A stretch of 64,000 nt of DNA. It comes from Verrucomicrobiota bacterium (lineage in GTDB: Bacteria; Verrucomicrobiota; Verrucomicrobiia; Limisphaerales; J093). A program made the position numbers and the translations under genes. Positions 48,966-58,500 of this stretch are shown in pieces. The stretch spans positions 602,434-666,433 of the forward strand of contig JADJWF010000002.1 of assembly GCA_016716505.1 (NCBI GenBank), written 5' to 3'. Each line of letters begins with the position of its first letter. Positions within the stretch are counted from its first letter, which is position 1. The notes beneath the pieces were generated by a model. That model did no database searches and was not told the DNA's origin. It saw only the letters and a program-made list of their open reading frames with translations.

Positions 48966-50246
48966 ATGGCTCGTTTTCGATACAGGGCGTTGCAGGCGGA
49001 CGGCGGAATCGCCGAGGGCGAACTGGAGGCGGGGGGCCGCCAGGAAGCGCTCCGGGCAATCGAAAGCCGCGGTCTGCGGCCGATCAGCCTCGCGGAAAAC
49101 GGCAGCGCCAAAGCCGGGCGGAATGGCAAGCCCTCCCCCGCCAAAGCGGCTGCCGGCGCCGCTACCGCCGCCGATCCCGGGGAGACTGCCGGCACTGCCA
49201 CCCGCGGCCGTATTACCGGCCGCATCCTGGAGGATTTCACGCGGTTGTTGTCCAGTCTGCTCGCCGCGGGCGTGCCGCTGAGCCGGGCCCTGGTCATCCT
49301 CACCCGCGAGGGCGCGAATCCCGCGGCGAAGGCGAAATGGAAGGAGATTCACGATTTGGTCGTGGACGGCATGTCCCTGGCCGACGCGATGGCACAGTCA
49401 CCGGACGTGTTCCCGCGCGTGTACGTCGCGATGGTGGAGGCGGGCGAGACCGGCGGGTTCCTGGATGTGGTGCTGGCTCAGATCGCGGACTTCCAAGCGC
49501 GCGAGAAAGAGATGCGGGCCAAGGTGCTGACCGCGCTGCTTTATCCGTCCATCCTCCTGGTGCTCGCGCTGTGCGTGCTGGTGTTCTTGCTGGTCTTCTT
49601 CATCCCCCGGTTCCAGGGGATCTTTGCCGGGTTCGGTGCGAAGCTCCCGATGCTGACCCAGTTGATCGTGGGGGCGAGTGACGTTCTCCGCTCGTATGGG
49701 TTGCTGGTGGCGCTGGCCGTCGGCGTCGGCTACCTGCTCGCGCGCAACTGGCTGCAGTCGCCGGCGGGACGGCGGGCGTGGGAGGATTTGGTGCTGCGGC
49801 TGCCAACGGTGGGCAATCTGGTGGCCCAGTATGCCATGGCGCGGTTTTGCCGGATGTTGGGAACCTTGCTCGGTGCGGGCGTGCCCTTGATCAACTGCCT
49901 CAACGTGGCGCGCCGCTCGATCGGCAATCAGATCCTCGTGGACGCCGTGGCCAACTCGATTGACCTCGTCAAGGAGGGCAAACCGCTGGGCAAGAGCCTG
50001 GCGGAGTGTCCCCGGCTTTTTTCCGGCTCCGTGCTCGAAATGATCTCGGTGGCGGAGGAGAGCGGGAAACTGGACACCGAACTGGTGCGAATCGCGAACG
50101 TAACCGAGGGCGACCTCGACCGCCGACTCAAGACCGCCGTGGCGATGGCGGAGCCGCTGCTGCTGTTCCTGATCGCCGGCTTTATCGGCACGATTTTCAT
50201 CGGCATGGTGATCCCCATTTTCACCTTGCAGGACTACATCAAGTGA
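48966..50246 (+). CDS. gspF: Type II secretion system platform protein GspF/PilC family
   Basis: Two T2SSF repeats (FTRLLSSLLAAGVPLSRAL..., FCRMLGTLLGAGVPLINCLN...) and three TM segments. Confidence 0.92.
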   Translation: MARFRYRALQADGGIAEGELEAGGRQEALRAIESRGLRPISLAENGSAKAGRNGKPSPAKAAAGAATAADPGETAGTATRGRITGRILEDFTRLLSSLLAAGVPLSRALVILTREGANPAAKAKWKEIHDLVVDGMSLADAMAQSPDVFPRVYVAMVEAGETGGFLDVVLAQIADFQAREKEMRAKVLTALLYPSILLVLALCVLVFLLVFFIPRFQGIFAGFGAKLPMLTQLIVGASDVLRSYGLLVALAVGVGYLLARNWLQSPAGRRAWEDLVLRLPTVGNLVAQYAMARFCRMLGTLLGAGVPLINCLNVARRSIGNQILVDAVANSIDLVKEGKPLGKSLAECPRLFSGSVLEMISVAEESGKLDTELVRIANVTEGDLDRRLKTAVAMAEPLLLFLIAGFIGTIFIGMVIPIFTLQDYIK

Positions 50247-50263
50247 ACTCCTTGAACACGATT

Positions 50264-50812
50264 ATGAATGCGCATCTGAAGACCGAAGTCCGCAGCGACC
50301 ATCCGACGTTGGAAACCCGGCCCCCCAGCCACCGAGCGCAGCGAGGGGCGCCGGCCTCCGGCCTGCGGGCCGCCACTTGCAAACAGCGGCGCTCGCGGGG
50401 CTTCACCCTCATCGAGTTGTTGCTGGTGCTGGTGATCCTGGGCGTGCTGGCGGCCATTGTGGTGCCCAAGTTCGCCGGCCGTACCGAGCAGGCCAAGATC
50501 ACCGCGGCGCAGACGCAGATCGCCACCTTCGGCACGGCCTTGGACGCCTTCGAGGTGGACAATGGCTACTACCCGAAAGGCAGCAACGGGCTGCAAGACC
50601 TCATCGAGCAGCCGCGCGATGCTCAAAACTGGCGCGGGCCGTACCTGCAGGCGAAAGGCGGCCTGCCCGTGGACCCGTGGGGCAACCCGTACATTTACAA
50701 CTGTCCGGGCAAGTTCAACACCACCGGCTACGACCTGAGCTCCATGGGACCGGATGGCCGCGAGGGCACCGACGACGACATCACCAACTGGAAATCCTCC
50801 GGCAGCCGCTGA
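50264..50812 (+). CDS. gspG: Type II secretion major pseudopilin GspG
   Basis: GFTLIELLLVLVILGVLAAIVVPKFAGRTEQAKITAAQTQIATFGTALDAFEVDNGYYP...QNWRGPYL...DPWGNPYIY...SMGPDGREGTDDDITNW. Unusually long leader if the ATG at 50264 is used. Confidence 0.9.
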   Translation: MNAHLKTEVRSDHPTLETRPPSHRAQRGAPASGLRAATCKQRRSRGFTLIELLLVLVILGVLAAIVVPKFAGRTEQAKITAAQTQIATFGTALDAFEVDNGYYPKGSNGLQDLIEQPRDAQNWRGPYLQAKGGLPVDPWGNPYIYNCPGKFNTTGYDLSSMGPDGREGTDDDITNWKSSGSR

Positions 50813-50821
50813 CCCGCCCAC

Positions 50822-51457
50822 ATGCGCTGGCGCCGGTCCATTCCGCTGAGCCTGAACGGCACGCCGCCTCCGCGCGCCGGCTTCACGCTCATCGAGCTGA
50901 TCCTTGTGATGGCGATGCTGTTGACGGTGCTGTCCCTCGCGGCGCCTTCGCTCGCGCGGTTCTTTCGGGGTCGCGGATTGGATGCCGAAGCCACCCGTTT
51001 CCTCGCCCTGATCCGCCATGCCCAAAGCCGCGCGGTGTCCGAGGGTGTACCCATGGTGGTATGGCTCGATCCCGAGAACCGGCTCTACGGCCTGGAGGCC
51101 GAGTCCAGTTACCTCGAGCACGATGATCAGGCGCTCGAGTTCCGCGTGGACGACAAGGTCGAGGTCGAGGCCGAGATCCCGCCGACGAGCAGCCTCCTCA
51201 CCGACCTGCTGGACCGCGCGGCAACGTTGCCGCCCGATCTTAACCTCACGCAGTACACGGAACGCACCACCGCCATCAAAAACCTGGTGTGGTTTCGTTT
51301 CAATCCGGATGGATTCATCACGGAAAACCTGCCCCGATGGGTCGAGTTTCGCGAGGGCCGGGACGACCGGACCGCCGCGCGGCTGTGGGTGGCGCAGAGT
51401 TTCAACCGGCTGAGCTATGAGATTTGGACGAACCCGCCAACCCTCCTCCGTCGCTAG
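50822..51457 (+). CDS. gspH: Minor pseudopilin, GspH/FimT-like
   Basis: RAGFTLIELILVMAMLLTVLSLAAPSLARFFRGRGLDAEATRFLALIRHAQSRAVSEG. Confidence 0.65.
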   Translation: MRWRRSIPLSLNGTPPPRAGFTLIELILVMAMLLTVLSLAAPSLARFFRGRGLDAEATRFLALIRHAQSRAVSEGVPMVVWLDPENRLYGLEAESSYLEHDDQALEFRVDDKVEVEAEIPPTSSLLTDLLDRAATLPPDLNLTQYTERTTAIKNLVWFRFNPDGFITENLPRWVEFREGRDDRTAARLWVAQSFNRLSYEIWTNPPTLLRR

Positions 51458-51878
51458 GTCCGCCCGCGCGGGCTTCACGCTGGCCGAGGTGCTGGCGGCG
51501 CTGGTCTTTATGGCGATTGTCATCCCGGTGGCGGTGCAGGGGCTCCAGATCGCCAGTCGCGCGGGACAGGTGGCGGAACGGAAGGCCGTGGCGGCGCGGA
51601 TCGCGGACCGGATGCTGAATGAGCTCATGGTCACCGGGCAATGGCAGTCGAGCAACCCGTCCGGAAACCTCTTCGAGGGCGTTCACGAGTACGTTTGGCG
51701 CGCCCAGAGCGAGCCGTGGGAGCTGGGCGTGCTCCGGGTGCTCCACGTGGACGTTTTCTTCCGCGTCCAGGGACAGGAATACGATGTTCGCCTGAGCACG
51801 CTGATGGACCCGTCGGCCGGGCTGACAACGCTGACCAACGCCCCCGCCACCACCACTGGGATGGAGGTGAGCCCGTGA
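51417..51878 (+). CDS. gspI: Minor pseudopilin, GspI-like
   Basis: RAGFTLAEVLAALVFMAIVIPVAVQGL... Small size and position fit. Overlaps the upstream gene by 41 nt. Confidence 0.6.
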   Translation: MRFGRTRQPSSVARSARAGFTLAEVLAALVFMAIVIPVAVQGLQIASRAGQVAERKAVAARIADRMLNELMVTGQWQSSNPSGNLFEGVHEYVWRAQSEPWELGVLRVLHVDVFFRVQGQEYDVRLSTLMDPSAGLTTLTNAPATTTGMEVSP

Positions 51879-52594
51879 ACGCGTCGTGCCCCATTTACCC
51901 CGGTTCCCCAAACTGCCGGCGCGGTTTCACGTTGATCGAGGTGTTGCTGGCGGTGGTGATCTTCGGGGTCGTGCTCATCGCCATGCACGCGGTCTTCCAC
52001 AGCGCGCTCCGCCTGCGCAACCGCACGGCGGCGAGTCTCGAGCGGGCGGTTCCCCTGCAGCAGACCCTCGCAATCATCCAACGCGACCTGGCCAACGTGG
52101 TCTTGCCGGGAGGCGTTCTGGCCGGGCACCTGCAAGCCATTCCCACCCAGCAAACTGAACCCGGCCAGGCGGGACCGTTCTGGTACACGTCCGTGGGAAT
52201 TCTTTCGCCGACGATGCCGTGGGCCACCGTCCAGCGCGTGGCCTATCGCCTGACCCAGCCCACGAACGACACGTTGGGACTCGACCTTTACCGGAGCGTC
52301 AGTCGCAACCTGCTCCCCGTCCTGACCGATCTGGCGGAAGACCAGTTCTTGATGAGCGGGGTCGAGGCACTGCTCTTCGAGTACTACGACGGCACGCAAT
52401 GGCGCGACTACTGGGATTCCACCGTCGAAACGAACTCCCTGCCCGCCGCCATCAAGCTGAAGCTCTACCTCGCCGCCGGTCAGACCAATCGCCTGCTGGA
52501 GCAGCCGATCGAATTGGTCGTGCCGGTGGTGGTCCAGCCGTCCGCGCAATCCACCACCAATCAGACCGCCGCCGCGGGTGGAGGCAACGCGTGA
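51875..52594 (+). CDS. gspJ: Minor pseudopilin, GspJ-like
   Basis: The GTG at 51875 overlaps the upstream stop (GTGA). RRGFTLIEVLLAVVIFGVVLIAMHAVFHSALRLRN... Confidence 0.65.
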   Translation: MNASCPIYPGSPNCRRGFTLIEVLLAVVIFGVVLIAMHAVFHSALRLRNRTAASLERAVPLQQTLAIIQRDLANVVLPGGVLAGHLQAIPTQQTEPGQAGPFWYTSVGILSPTMPWATVQRVAYRLTQPTNDTLGLDLYRSVSRNLLPVLTDLAEDQFLMSGVEALLFEYYDGTQWRDYWDSTVETNSLPAAIKLKLYLAAGQTNRLLEQPIELVVPVVVQPSAQSTTNQTAAAGGGNA

Positions 52595-54093
52595 GGGTCC
52601 AGCGCAACAGATCGGTGCCTGATTCGGCGAGCGAGGGCGCGCTGCCCCTCCGGCCGCGCCCCGGCCGCTGCGCCACCGGCTCCGTCCTGATCATCGTGCT
52701 CTGGATTTCGTTCGGGCTGGTCAGCCTGACTCTGTACTTCGCAGGGACGATGAACTTTGAGCTGCGCAGCGCGGATCATCGCGTGGCATCGCTTGAGGCG
52801 GCTCAGGCCATCGCCGGGACGGCCCGGTACGTGAGCAACATCCTCATGAACGTGGATGAGCCGGGCATGGTGCCGGAGGTCATCACCTACGAACCCGAGG
52901 CCTTGCCCGTCGGCGAGGCGACAGTGTGGTTCATCGGTCGCGATCCACAACAATCCCGGCCCGATGAACCCTACTTCGGCCTCGTGGATGAGGCGTCGAA
53001 ACTCAACCTCAACACCGCGACGGTCGCGATGCTGGAACTGCTGCCAGGCATGACGCCGCAGCTTGCCGCCGCCATCGTGGACTGGCGCGACGCCGACAGC
53101 GACGTGACGCCCAACGGCGCCGAGGACGAAACCTATCAACGGCTCAACCCGTCCTATCGGTGCAAGAACGCGCCGTTTGAGTCCGTGGAAGAACTGCGGA
53201 TGGTGTATGGCGCGGAACTGGCCCTGCTGATCGGAGAGGACACCAATCTCAATGGAGCGCTGGATCCCAACGAACGCGACGGTACGCGAACAATGCCGGA
53301 CGACAATCAGGACGGTGTGCTCGACGCCGGCCTGTTCGAGTATCTGACCGTGTACACTCGCGAACCCAACACCGCTCCCGATGGCAGTACGCGCGTGAAC
53401 CTGGCCGGCACCAACACCACCGAACTGGTCACCCTGCTGCAGGACTTCCTCGGTACGGACCGCGCCAATCAGGTCCTCGCGCAACTGGGCGCAGGCCCTG
53501 GGAGCGGGGGGGGCGGCCCCGGCGGAGGTGGTCCCGGCGGCGGTGCCGGCGGCACGACCCTGACCAACACGTTCTCGAGCGTCCTGGAGTTCTACATTCG
53601 CAGCGGCCTGACAGCGGACGAATTTGAGATGATCGAAGGCTACCTCACCGCTTCCACGAACTCGGTGGTCGAGGGGCTGGTGAACGTGAACACCGCCAGC
53701 GAGGCAGTGTTGGCCTGCATTCCGGGCATCGGCCCGGAAAATGCGCCGGCGCTCGTGGCCGCCCGGCAGAACCAACTCCGTTCCACCTCGGTGGGCTGGG
53801 TGAAGGACGTGCTGGACGAAGCGGCGGCCATCCAGGCCGGGCCTTACCTGACGGGCCGCAGCTATCAATTCACGGCGGACCTGGCGGCGGTGGGCCGTCA
53901 CGGCCGCGGCTACCAACGCGTGCGCTACGTGTTCGACACCTCGGAAGGCACCCCACGGGTCGCGGCCCGGCAGGACCTTACGCATTTGGGCTGGGCGCTG
54001 GGCAGGGAAGTTCGCGAAGTGATCTGGGCCGCGCGCCAGGCCGGCGTTCCGGCGTTCGGGAGTGTGGGAATGGGCCCGGCGCGTTGGAGATGA
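52591..54093 (+). CDS. gspK: Minor pseudopilin GspK-like
   Basis: GTG at 52591 (GTGA overlap). GSVLIIVLWISFGLVSLTL, GLVDEASKLNLNTA, C-terminal helix-hairpin-helix VNVNTASEAVLACIPGIGPENAPALVAAR. Confidence 0.75.
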   Translation: MRVQRNRSVPDSASEGALPLRPRPGRCATGSVLIIVLWISFGLVSLTLYFAGTMNFELRSADHRVASLEAAQAIAGTARYVSNILMNVDEPGMVPEVITYEPEALPVGEATVWFIGRDPQQSRPDEPYFGLVDEASKLNLNTATVAMLELLPGMTPQLAAAIVDWRDADSDVTPNGAEDETYQRLNPSYRCKNAPFESVEELRMVYGAELALLIGEDTNLNGALDPNERDGTRTMPDDNQDGVLDAGLFEYLTVYTREPNTAPDGSTRVNLAGTNTTELVTLLQDFLGTDRANQVLAQLGAGPGSGGGGPGGGGPGGGAGGTTLTNTFSSVLEFYIRSGLTADEFEMIEGYLTASTNSVVEGLVNVNTASEAVLACIPGIGPENAPALVAARQNQLRSTSVGWVKDVLDEAAAIQAGPYLTGRSYQFTADLAAVGRHGRGYQRVRYVFDTSEGTPRVAARQDLTHLGWALGREVREVIWAARQAGVPAFGSVGMGPARWR

Positions 54094-55586
54094 AGGGCAT
54101 GAAATGGTCTGAGTTCAACCCGGGAAGTCTGCTGATCCGCAAACGTCAGCCGGCGACGGCTTTGCTCGCGCTCTCGTTGGAGGGCTCCACCCTGGCCGGG
54201 GTGGAAGTCCGGCGCACCAACGGCTCCGTCGAGGTCAAGCACACCTTTTGTGCGCCGTTGTCGCTGGACCCCCTCACCGGCGAACCGGACCTGGTCGGCC
54301 GCGAGATTCGCAAACTTCTCGACGCGGAGGGCGTCCGGGAGCGCGCCTGTGTCCTGGGGCTGCCGGCGGCCTGGGCATTACAGGTCAACGTGAAGCTGCC
54401 CGAGCTTTCCGAGGCTGACCTGGCAAGCTTTCTCGACCTCGAGGCGGAGCGCGGTTTCCCCACCAACGTCGAAGGCTTGGTGGTGGCACAGTCCCGCTAC
54501 CGCACGCCGGGAGGGGACGCCTGGGCCACGCTGCTGGGGGTGTCGCGGCAAAACGTGGACCGGCTCGACGCGGTGCTGCGTGCGGCGCAATTACGTCCGC
54601 TCGGCTTTGGGCTGGGCATCGCGGCCCTCCCGCGGCATCCCGGCGGCGGCAACCCCGAAGGCGCTTCGGCCGCGCTCTTCGTGGCCGGTGAGGAAGTGAC
54701 CCTCCAGTTTGGTTGCGGTGCCGGCGTGGTCGCGTTGCGGATCATGGATGTGGCCGGTCATCCAGCTCACGACGCCGCGGAGGATCCCCTTGACCAACTG
54801 GCCCGGGACATCCGCATCTCACTGGGCCAGCTTCCGCAGGACCTGCGCGATGGGCTGCGAACGCTGTCGGTGATCGGTCGCGGTCGCGCGGCGGAAGAAC
54901 TTGCGGCCGGTTTGCGTTCGCGCCTGAGCGCGCTGGACCTCGCGATCGAGCACGAGGAACGTTACGCGGCGGGCGATCTGGCACTGCAAGTGACTCCCGG
55001 CTCCCGCATCACGCCGGAGTTGGGCCTGGCGGTGCAATACCTGGCCAACGGGAAGCTGGCCCTTGATTTTCTCCCGCCCAAGATCAGCAAGTGGCAGCAA
55101 CTTTCCGCCCGCTACAGCTCGCAAAAGCTGATGGTGGCGGGGGCCACGGCCGGGGCGGTGGCCGCGCTGGTATTGCTGGCCTTCGGCATCCAGCAGGCGC
55201 AACTCGCGTACTGGCGCGGCAAGTGGAACGGCATCAAGGCCCGCGTCACGGAGGTGGAGCGATTGAACCAGGAAAATCGCAAGTTGCGGCCGTGGTTCGA
55301 CGATTCGTTCCGCTCGCTGACCATCCTGCGCCGCCTCACGGAAGCGTTTCCCGAGGACGGGAGCGTCTCAGCCAAGACCGTCACCATCCGCGAACTCACC
55401 GGCCCGCAGGAAGGCACCACGGTGACGTGCAGCGGCACCGCGCGCAGCAACCAGGCACTGATCCAGACCATTGACCGGTTGCGCACGGCCAGCGGCGTCA
55501 AGGACCTGCTGCGCGGCCCGCTGCAGGGCGGCACGCCCCTGCAGTTCACCTTCAGCTTCCGCTGGGAGGAGAAAGGCGCCCGATGA
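54090..55586 (+). CDS. GspL-like / PilM-PilN-like assembly protein (cytoplasmic actin-fold domain, TM, periplasmic domain)
   Basis: ATG at 54090 overlaps the gspK stop (ATGA). LALSLEGSTLAGVEV..., TM LMVAGATAGAVAALVLLAFGI, then a ferredoxin-like C-terminus. Confidence 0.6.
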   Translation: MKGMKWSEFNPGSLLIRKRQPATALLALSLEGSTLAGVEVRRTNGSVEVKHTFCAPLSLDPLTGEPDLVGREIRKLLDAEGVRERACVLGLPAAWALQVNVKLPELSEADLASFLDLEAERGFPTNVEGLVVAQSRYRTPGGDAWATLLGVSRQNVDRLDAVLRAAQLRPLGFGLGIAALPRHPGGGNPEGASAALFVAGEEVTLQFGCGAGVVALRIMDVAGHPAHDAAEDPLDQLARDIRISLGQLPQDLRDGLRTLSVIGRGRAAEELAAGLRSRLSALDLAIEHEERYAAGDLALQVTPGSRITPELGLAVQYLANGKLALDFLPPKISKWQQLSARYSSQKLMVAGATAGAVAALVLLAFGIQQAQLAYWRGKWNGIKARVTEVERLNQENRKLRPWFDDSFRSLTILRRLTEAFPEDGSVSAKTVTIRELTGPQEGTTVTCSGTARSNQALIQTIDRLRTASGVKDLLRGPLQGGTPLQFTFSFRWEEKGAR

Positions 55587-56125
55587 AGTTCAAGAACCGA
55601 CAGCAGTTGCTCGGGATTCTGGCCATTGCCGTGGTGGTCGTATGGGTGGCGGACCGGATCGTGCTCCGGTGGTTGCTGGACACCTGGGACGCCCGGGCGG
55701 CGGAGATCGCCAAGCTCAAGCAAACTGTGGCCGCCGGGGAAACCTTGCTCCTGCGCGAGCGCTACATCCGGGAGGACTGGTCCCGCCAGCAGACGAATCT
55801 GCTGCCAGCCGAGCCGTCCGCCGCCGAAACACAACTCCTGAAAGCCTTCGAGCGGTGGTCCTCGGAAAGCCGGGTGGGCATCCGGGGCATCAAACCCCAG
55901 TGGAAACGCACCGCCGATGACCGTCCCCTGCTGGAATGCCGTGTGGACGCTTTTGGTAACCTTTCGGCGATCACACGCTTCTTGTACAACGTGGAACAGG
56001 ATCCGCTGGCCCTGCGGGTGGAGGCGCTGGATCTGACGGCCCGGGATGACAACGGTGAACAACTGACCTTGGGTTTGCAGGTGAGCGCACTGCTGGCCCT
56101 GCCCGCCGACGGCAAAGGCAAATGA
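55583..56125 (+). CDS. GspM/PilO-like bitopic membrane protein
   Basis: ATGA overlap. TM LLGILAIAVVVVWVA, coiled-coil, C-terminal domain. Assigned by architecture and position. Confidence 0.5.
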   Translation: MKFKNRQQLLGILAIAVVVVWVADRIVLRWLLDTWDARAAEIAKLKQTVAAGETLLLRERYIREDWSRQQTNLLPAEPSAAETQLLKAFERWSSESRVGIRGIKPQWKRTADDRPLLECRVDAFGNLSAITRFLYNVEQDPLALRVEALDLTARDDNGEQLTLGLQVSALLALPADGKGK

Positions 56126-56736
56126 AGGGAAACCGGTTCATGGGAATTGCGGGGGCGGCCGCGTTGGCCGCCGCGTTCGTCGCCGCTCGGGGCGCGGAGG
56201 CCACGAATGCCACGACCCGGGCGGATTACGCGTCCTTTCGCGTGGTGGTGGAACGGAATATATTCAACGCGAGTCGCTCAGGCCGTCAGCAGCCCCGGGA
56301 ACGGGAACCAGCCCGGCGGCCGGCACGCACCGACACCTTCGGGCTGGTCGGCACGATGACGTACGAGAAGGGACCGCTGGCGTTCTTTGACGGATCGAGT
56401 TCGGACTATCGCCAGGTGGTCAAACCGGGCGGGACCATCGCCGGGTTTCAGTTGGAGGCGATCCGGCCGGACGCAGTGACCTTGCGGCGCGACAGCAACA
56501 CGTTCGAGTTGTTCCTCGGCACGCAAATGAGGCGCGAAGACGGCGGCGAATGGAAAGTCGCGGGGCAGTTCGAAGCGGCGTCTTCGAGTAGCGGCGGCGG
56601 CGGTTCGAGTGGATCAGGTCGCGCCTCTTCCGGGGGGCCCGATGCTGGCGCCCCGGCCACTGCGGCCAGCGGCGGCGGAGATGTCAGTGAAGTCTTGCGA
56701 CGATTGATGGAAAAACGGGAAAGGGAATCACAATGA
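56122..56736 (+). CDS. GspC/PilP-like periplasmic protein
   Basis: ATGA overlap. Signal/TM, FGLVGTMTYEKGPLAFFDGSSSDYRQVVKPGGTIAGFQLEAIRPDAVTL (HR-domain-like), S/G-rich tail. Confidence 0.5.
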   Translation: MKGNRFMGIAGAAALAAAFVAARGAEATNATTRADYASFRVVVERNIFNASRSGRQQPREREPARRPARTDTFGLVGTMTYEKGPLAFFDGSSSDYRQVVKPGGTIAGFQLEAIRPDAVTLRRDSNTFELFLGTQMRREDGGEWKVAGQFEAASSSSGGGGSSGSGRASSGGPDAGAPATAASGGGDVSEVLRRLMEKRERESQ

Positions 56737-58475
56737 AGAAGCTCCTTGCCTTGATGACCTTGGCACTGCTCGGGTGGGCGGTGCCACCGACCCTCGGCGT
56801 GCCAGCCGATCCGCCGGAGGCGGAGCCCGCCGCTGGGCCCGACGTGGCGCATGAAGCCGAGGCAGACGAGGACGCCGCCGCTCACGCCGCTGACAGCGAC
56901 GAGCCGGCCGCGCCATCCGCGCCGCAAGCTGTCCTTCCAGCGCGACCTGAGGCGGCCACTCCGCCGCGTCCTTCCGGCACCGCTCCCACCTTTGTGCCCC
57001 GGTCACGAACGGGCGCGCCACGGCTGGCGGCCAACGCCCCGGAGGAACAGCCGGCGGGGGGCAACGGGGCGCCAGCCGCCGACCCGGTTCGCCCGGTAGC
57101 GGACGGCGAGAAGGGACTGCGATTGAACTTTCGCAACGCCCCCCTCGAGTTGGTGCTGAACTACCTGAGTGAAGCGGCGGGGTTCATCATCATCCTCGAA
57201 ACCGAAGTACGCGGGAGACTGGATGTCTGGAGCAATCAACCGCTCGACAAGGAGGAAGCCGTTGAACTCCTGAACAAGGTCCTCAACAAAAACGGCTTCG
57301 CCGCCATCCGCGACGGGCGGACGTTGACGATCGTCAGCCGTGACGAGGCGAAGCGACGCGACATCCCGGTGCGCGCGGGCAATGATCCGCAGCAGATTCC
57401 CAAGAGCGAGGCGATCATTACCCAGGTCATCCCGGTGCGGTTCATCAATGCGGTTCAGGTGGCCCGCGATTTGCAATCTTTGTTCCCGCCCTCGGCCACG
57501 ATCGCCGCGAACGAAGGCGGCAACGCCGTGGTGATCACCGACACCCAAACGAATATCCGGCGCATCGCGGAGATCATCCGCGCACTGGACACCTCGATCG
57601 CCAGCGTTTCCACCATCCGCGTCTTCCCCCTGCGCTACGCCGACGCCAAGGCGCTGGCCACGGTCGTCCGGGATCTGTTCGCGAGCACGGACAGCGGGCG
57701 CGGGAATCCGCAGCAACAGCAGCAATTCCGTGGGTTCCGGCCGCCCGGTTTTGGCGGCGACCAAGGAGGTCAGCAGCAGAACGCCGGCGGCAGCGCCCGG
57801 GTGGCCACGCCGCGCGTGGTGGCGGTGGCCGACGAACGTAGCAACTCGCTGGTGGTGAGCGCACCCGAGGATCAGATGACCCTCATCGCCGACATGGTCG
57901 CGGAGATAGACACCAACGTGGACGACATCACCGAGTTGCGCGTCTTCCGGCTCCAATTTGCCGACCCGCAAGAGACGGCGGATCTCATTCTCGGGCTCTT
58001 TCCCGACCCGAATCAGAGCGGCCAGGGCAACCGGGGCCAGGTACGGTTTGGCGGTCCCGGCGGATTCGGCGGCGGTCAGGCCGCCGCCAGCACGCCCAGC
58101 AGCCGCCTGCAGAAACAAAGCAAGGTTCTCGCGGTGCCCGATCTGCGAACGCGGTCCGTGGTGGTCAGCGCGGCGCGGGAGTTGATGGATCAAATCGCCA
58201 CCATGGTGGCCCAGTTGGATTCAGATCCCGCCAAGAAGCAGAAAGTCTTCGTGTACTCGGTGGAAAACACCGACCCGCAGGCGGTGGAGGAGATTCTGCG
58301 CGGGCTGTTCGAGGGCCAGAATGCGCGCAATCGCTCGTTGAACACGACGCGGAACAACCAGCGCCAGACGGGCAACCAGCTCAACAATCGGGCCAACAAC
58401 ACCTCGCGCAATCAGGGCACGCGCAACAGCAGTTTCGGCACCGGCAACACCGGCTTCGGCGGCACCGGCCGGTAA
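56733..58475 (+). CDS. gspD: Secretin N-terminal-domain protein (N0 plus ring-building N domains only, no beta-barrel domain)
   Basis: Signal peptide. N0-like LRLNFRNAPLELVLNYLSEAAGF. Three complete N domains (IPVRFINAVQV..., IRVFPLRYADAKAL..., LRVFRLQFADPQET...). Then half a domain (KVFVYSVENTDPQAVEEILRGLF) and an N/Q/G tail, stop TAA. Confidence 0.8.
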   Translation: MKKLLALMTLALLGWAVPPTLGVPADPPEAEPAAGPDVAHEAEADEDAAAHAADSDEPAAPSAPQAVLPARPEAATPPRPSGTAPTFVPRSRTGAPRLAANAPEEQPAGGNGAPAADPVRPVADGEKGLRLNFRNAPLELVLNYLSEAAGFIIILETEVRGRLDVWSNQPLDKEEAVELLNKVLNKNGFAAIRDGRTLTIVSRDEAKRRDIPVRAGNDPQQIPKSEAIITQVIPVRFINAVQVARDLQSLFPPSATIAANEGGNAVVITDTQTNIRRIAEIIRALDTSIASVSTIRVFPLRYADAKALATVVRDLFASTDSGRGNPQQQQQFRGFRPPGFGGDQGGQQQNAGGSARVATPRVVAVADERSNSLVVSAPEDQMTLIADMVAEIDTNVDDITELRVFRLQFADPQETADLILGLFPDPNQSGQGNRGQVRFGGPGGFGGGQAAASTPSSRLQKQSKVLAVPDLRTRSVVVSAARELMDQIATMVAQLDSDPAKKQKVFVYSVENTDPQAVEEILRGLFEGQNARNRSLNTTRNNQRQTGNQLNNRANNTSRNQGTRNSSFGTGNTGFGGTGR

Positions 58476-58500
58476 CAGCTCTGGGGTCGAAAGGAACACC

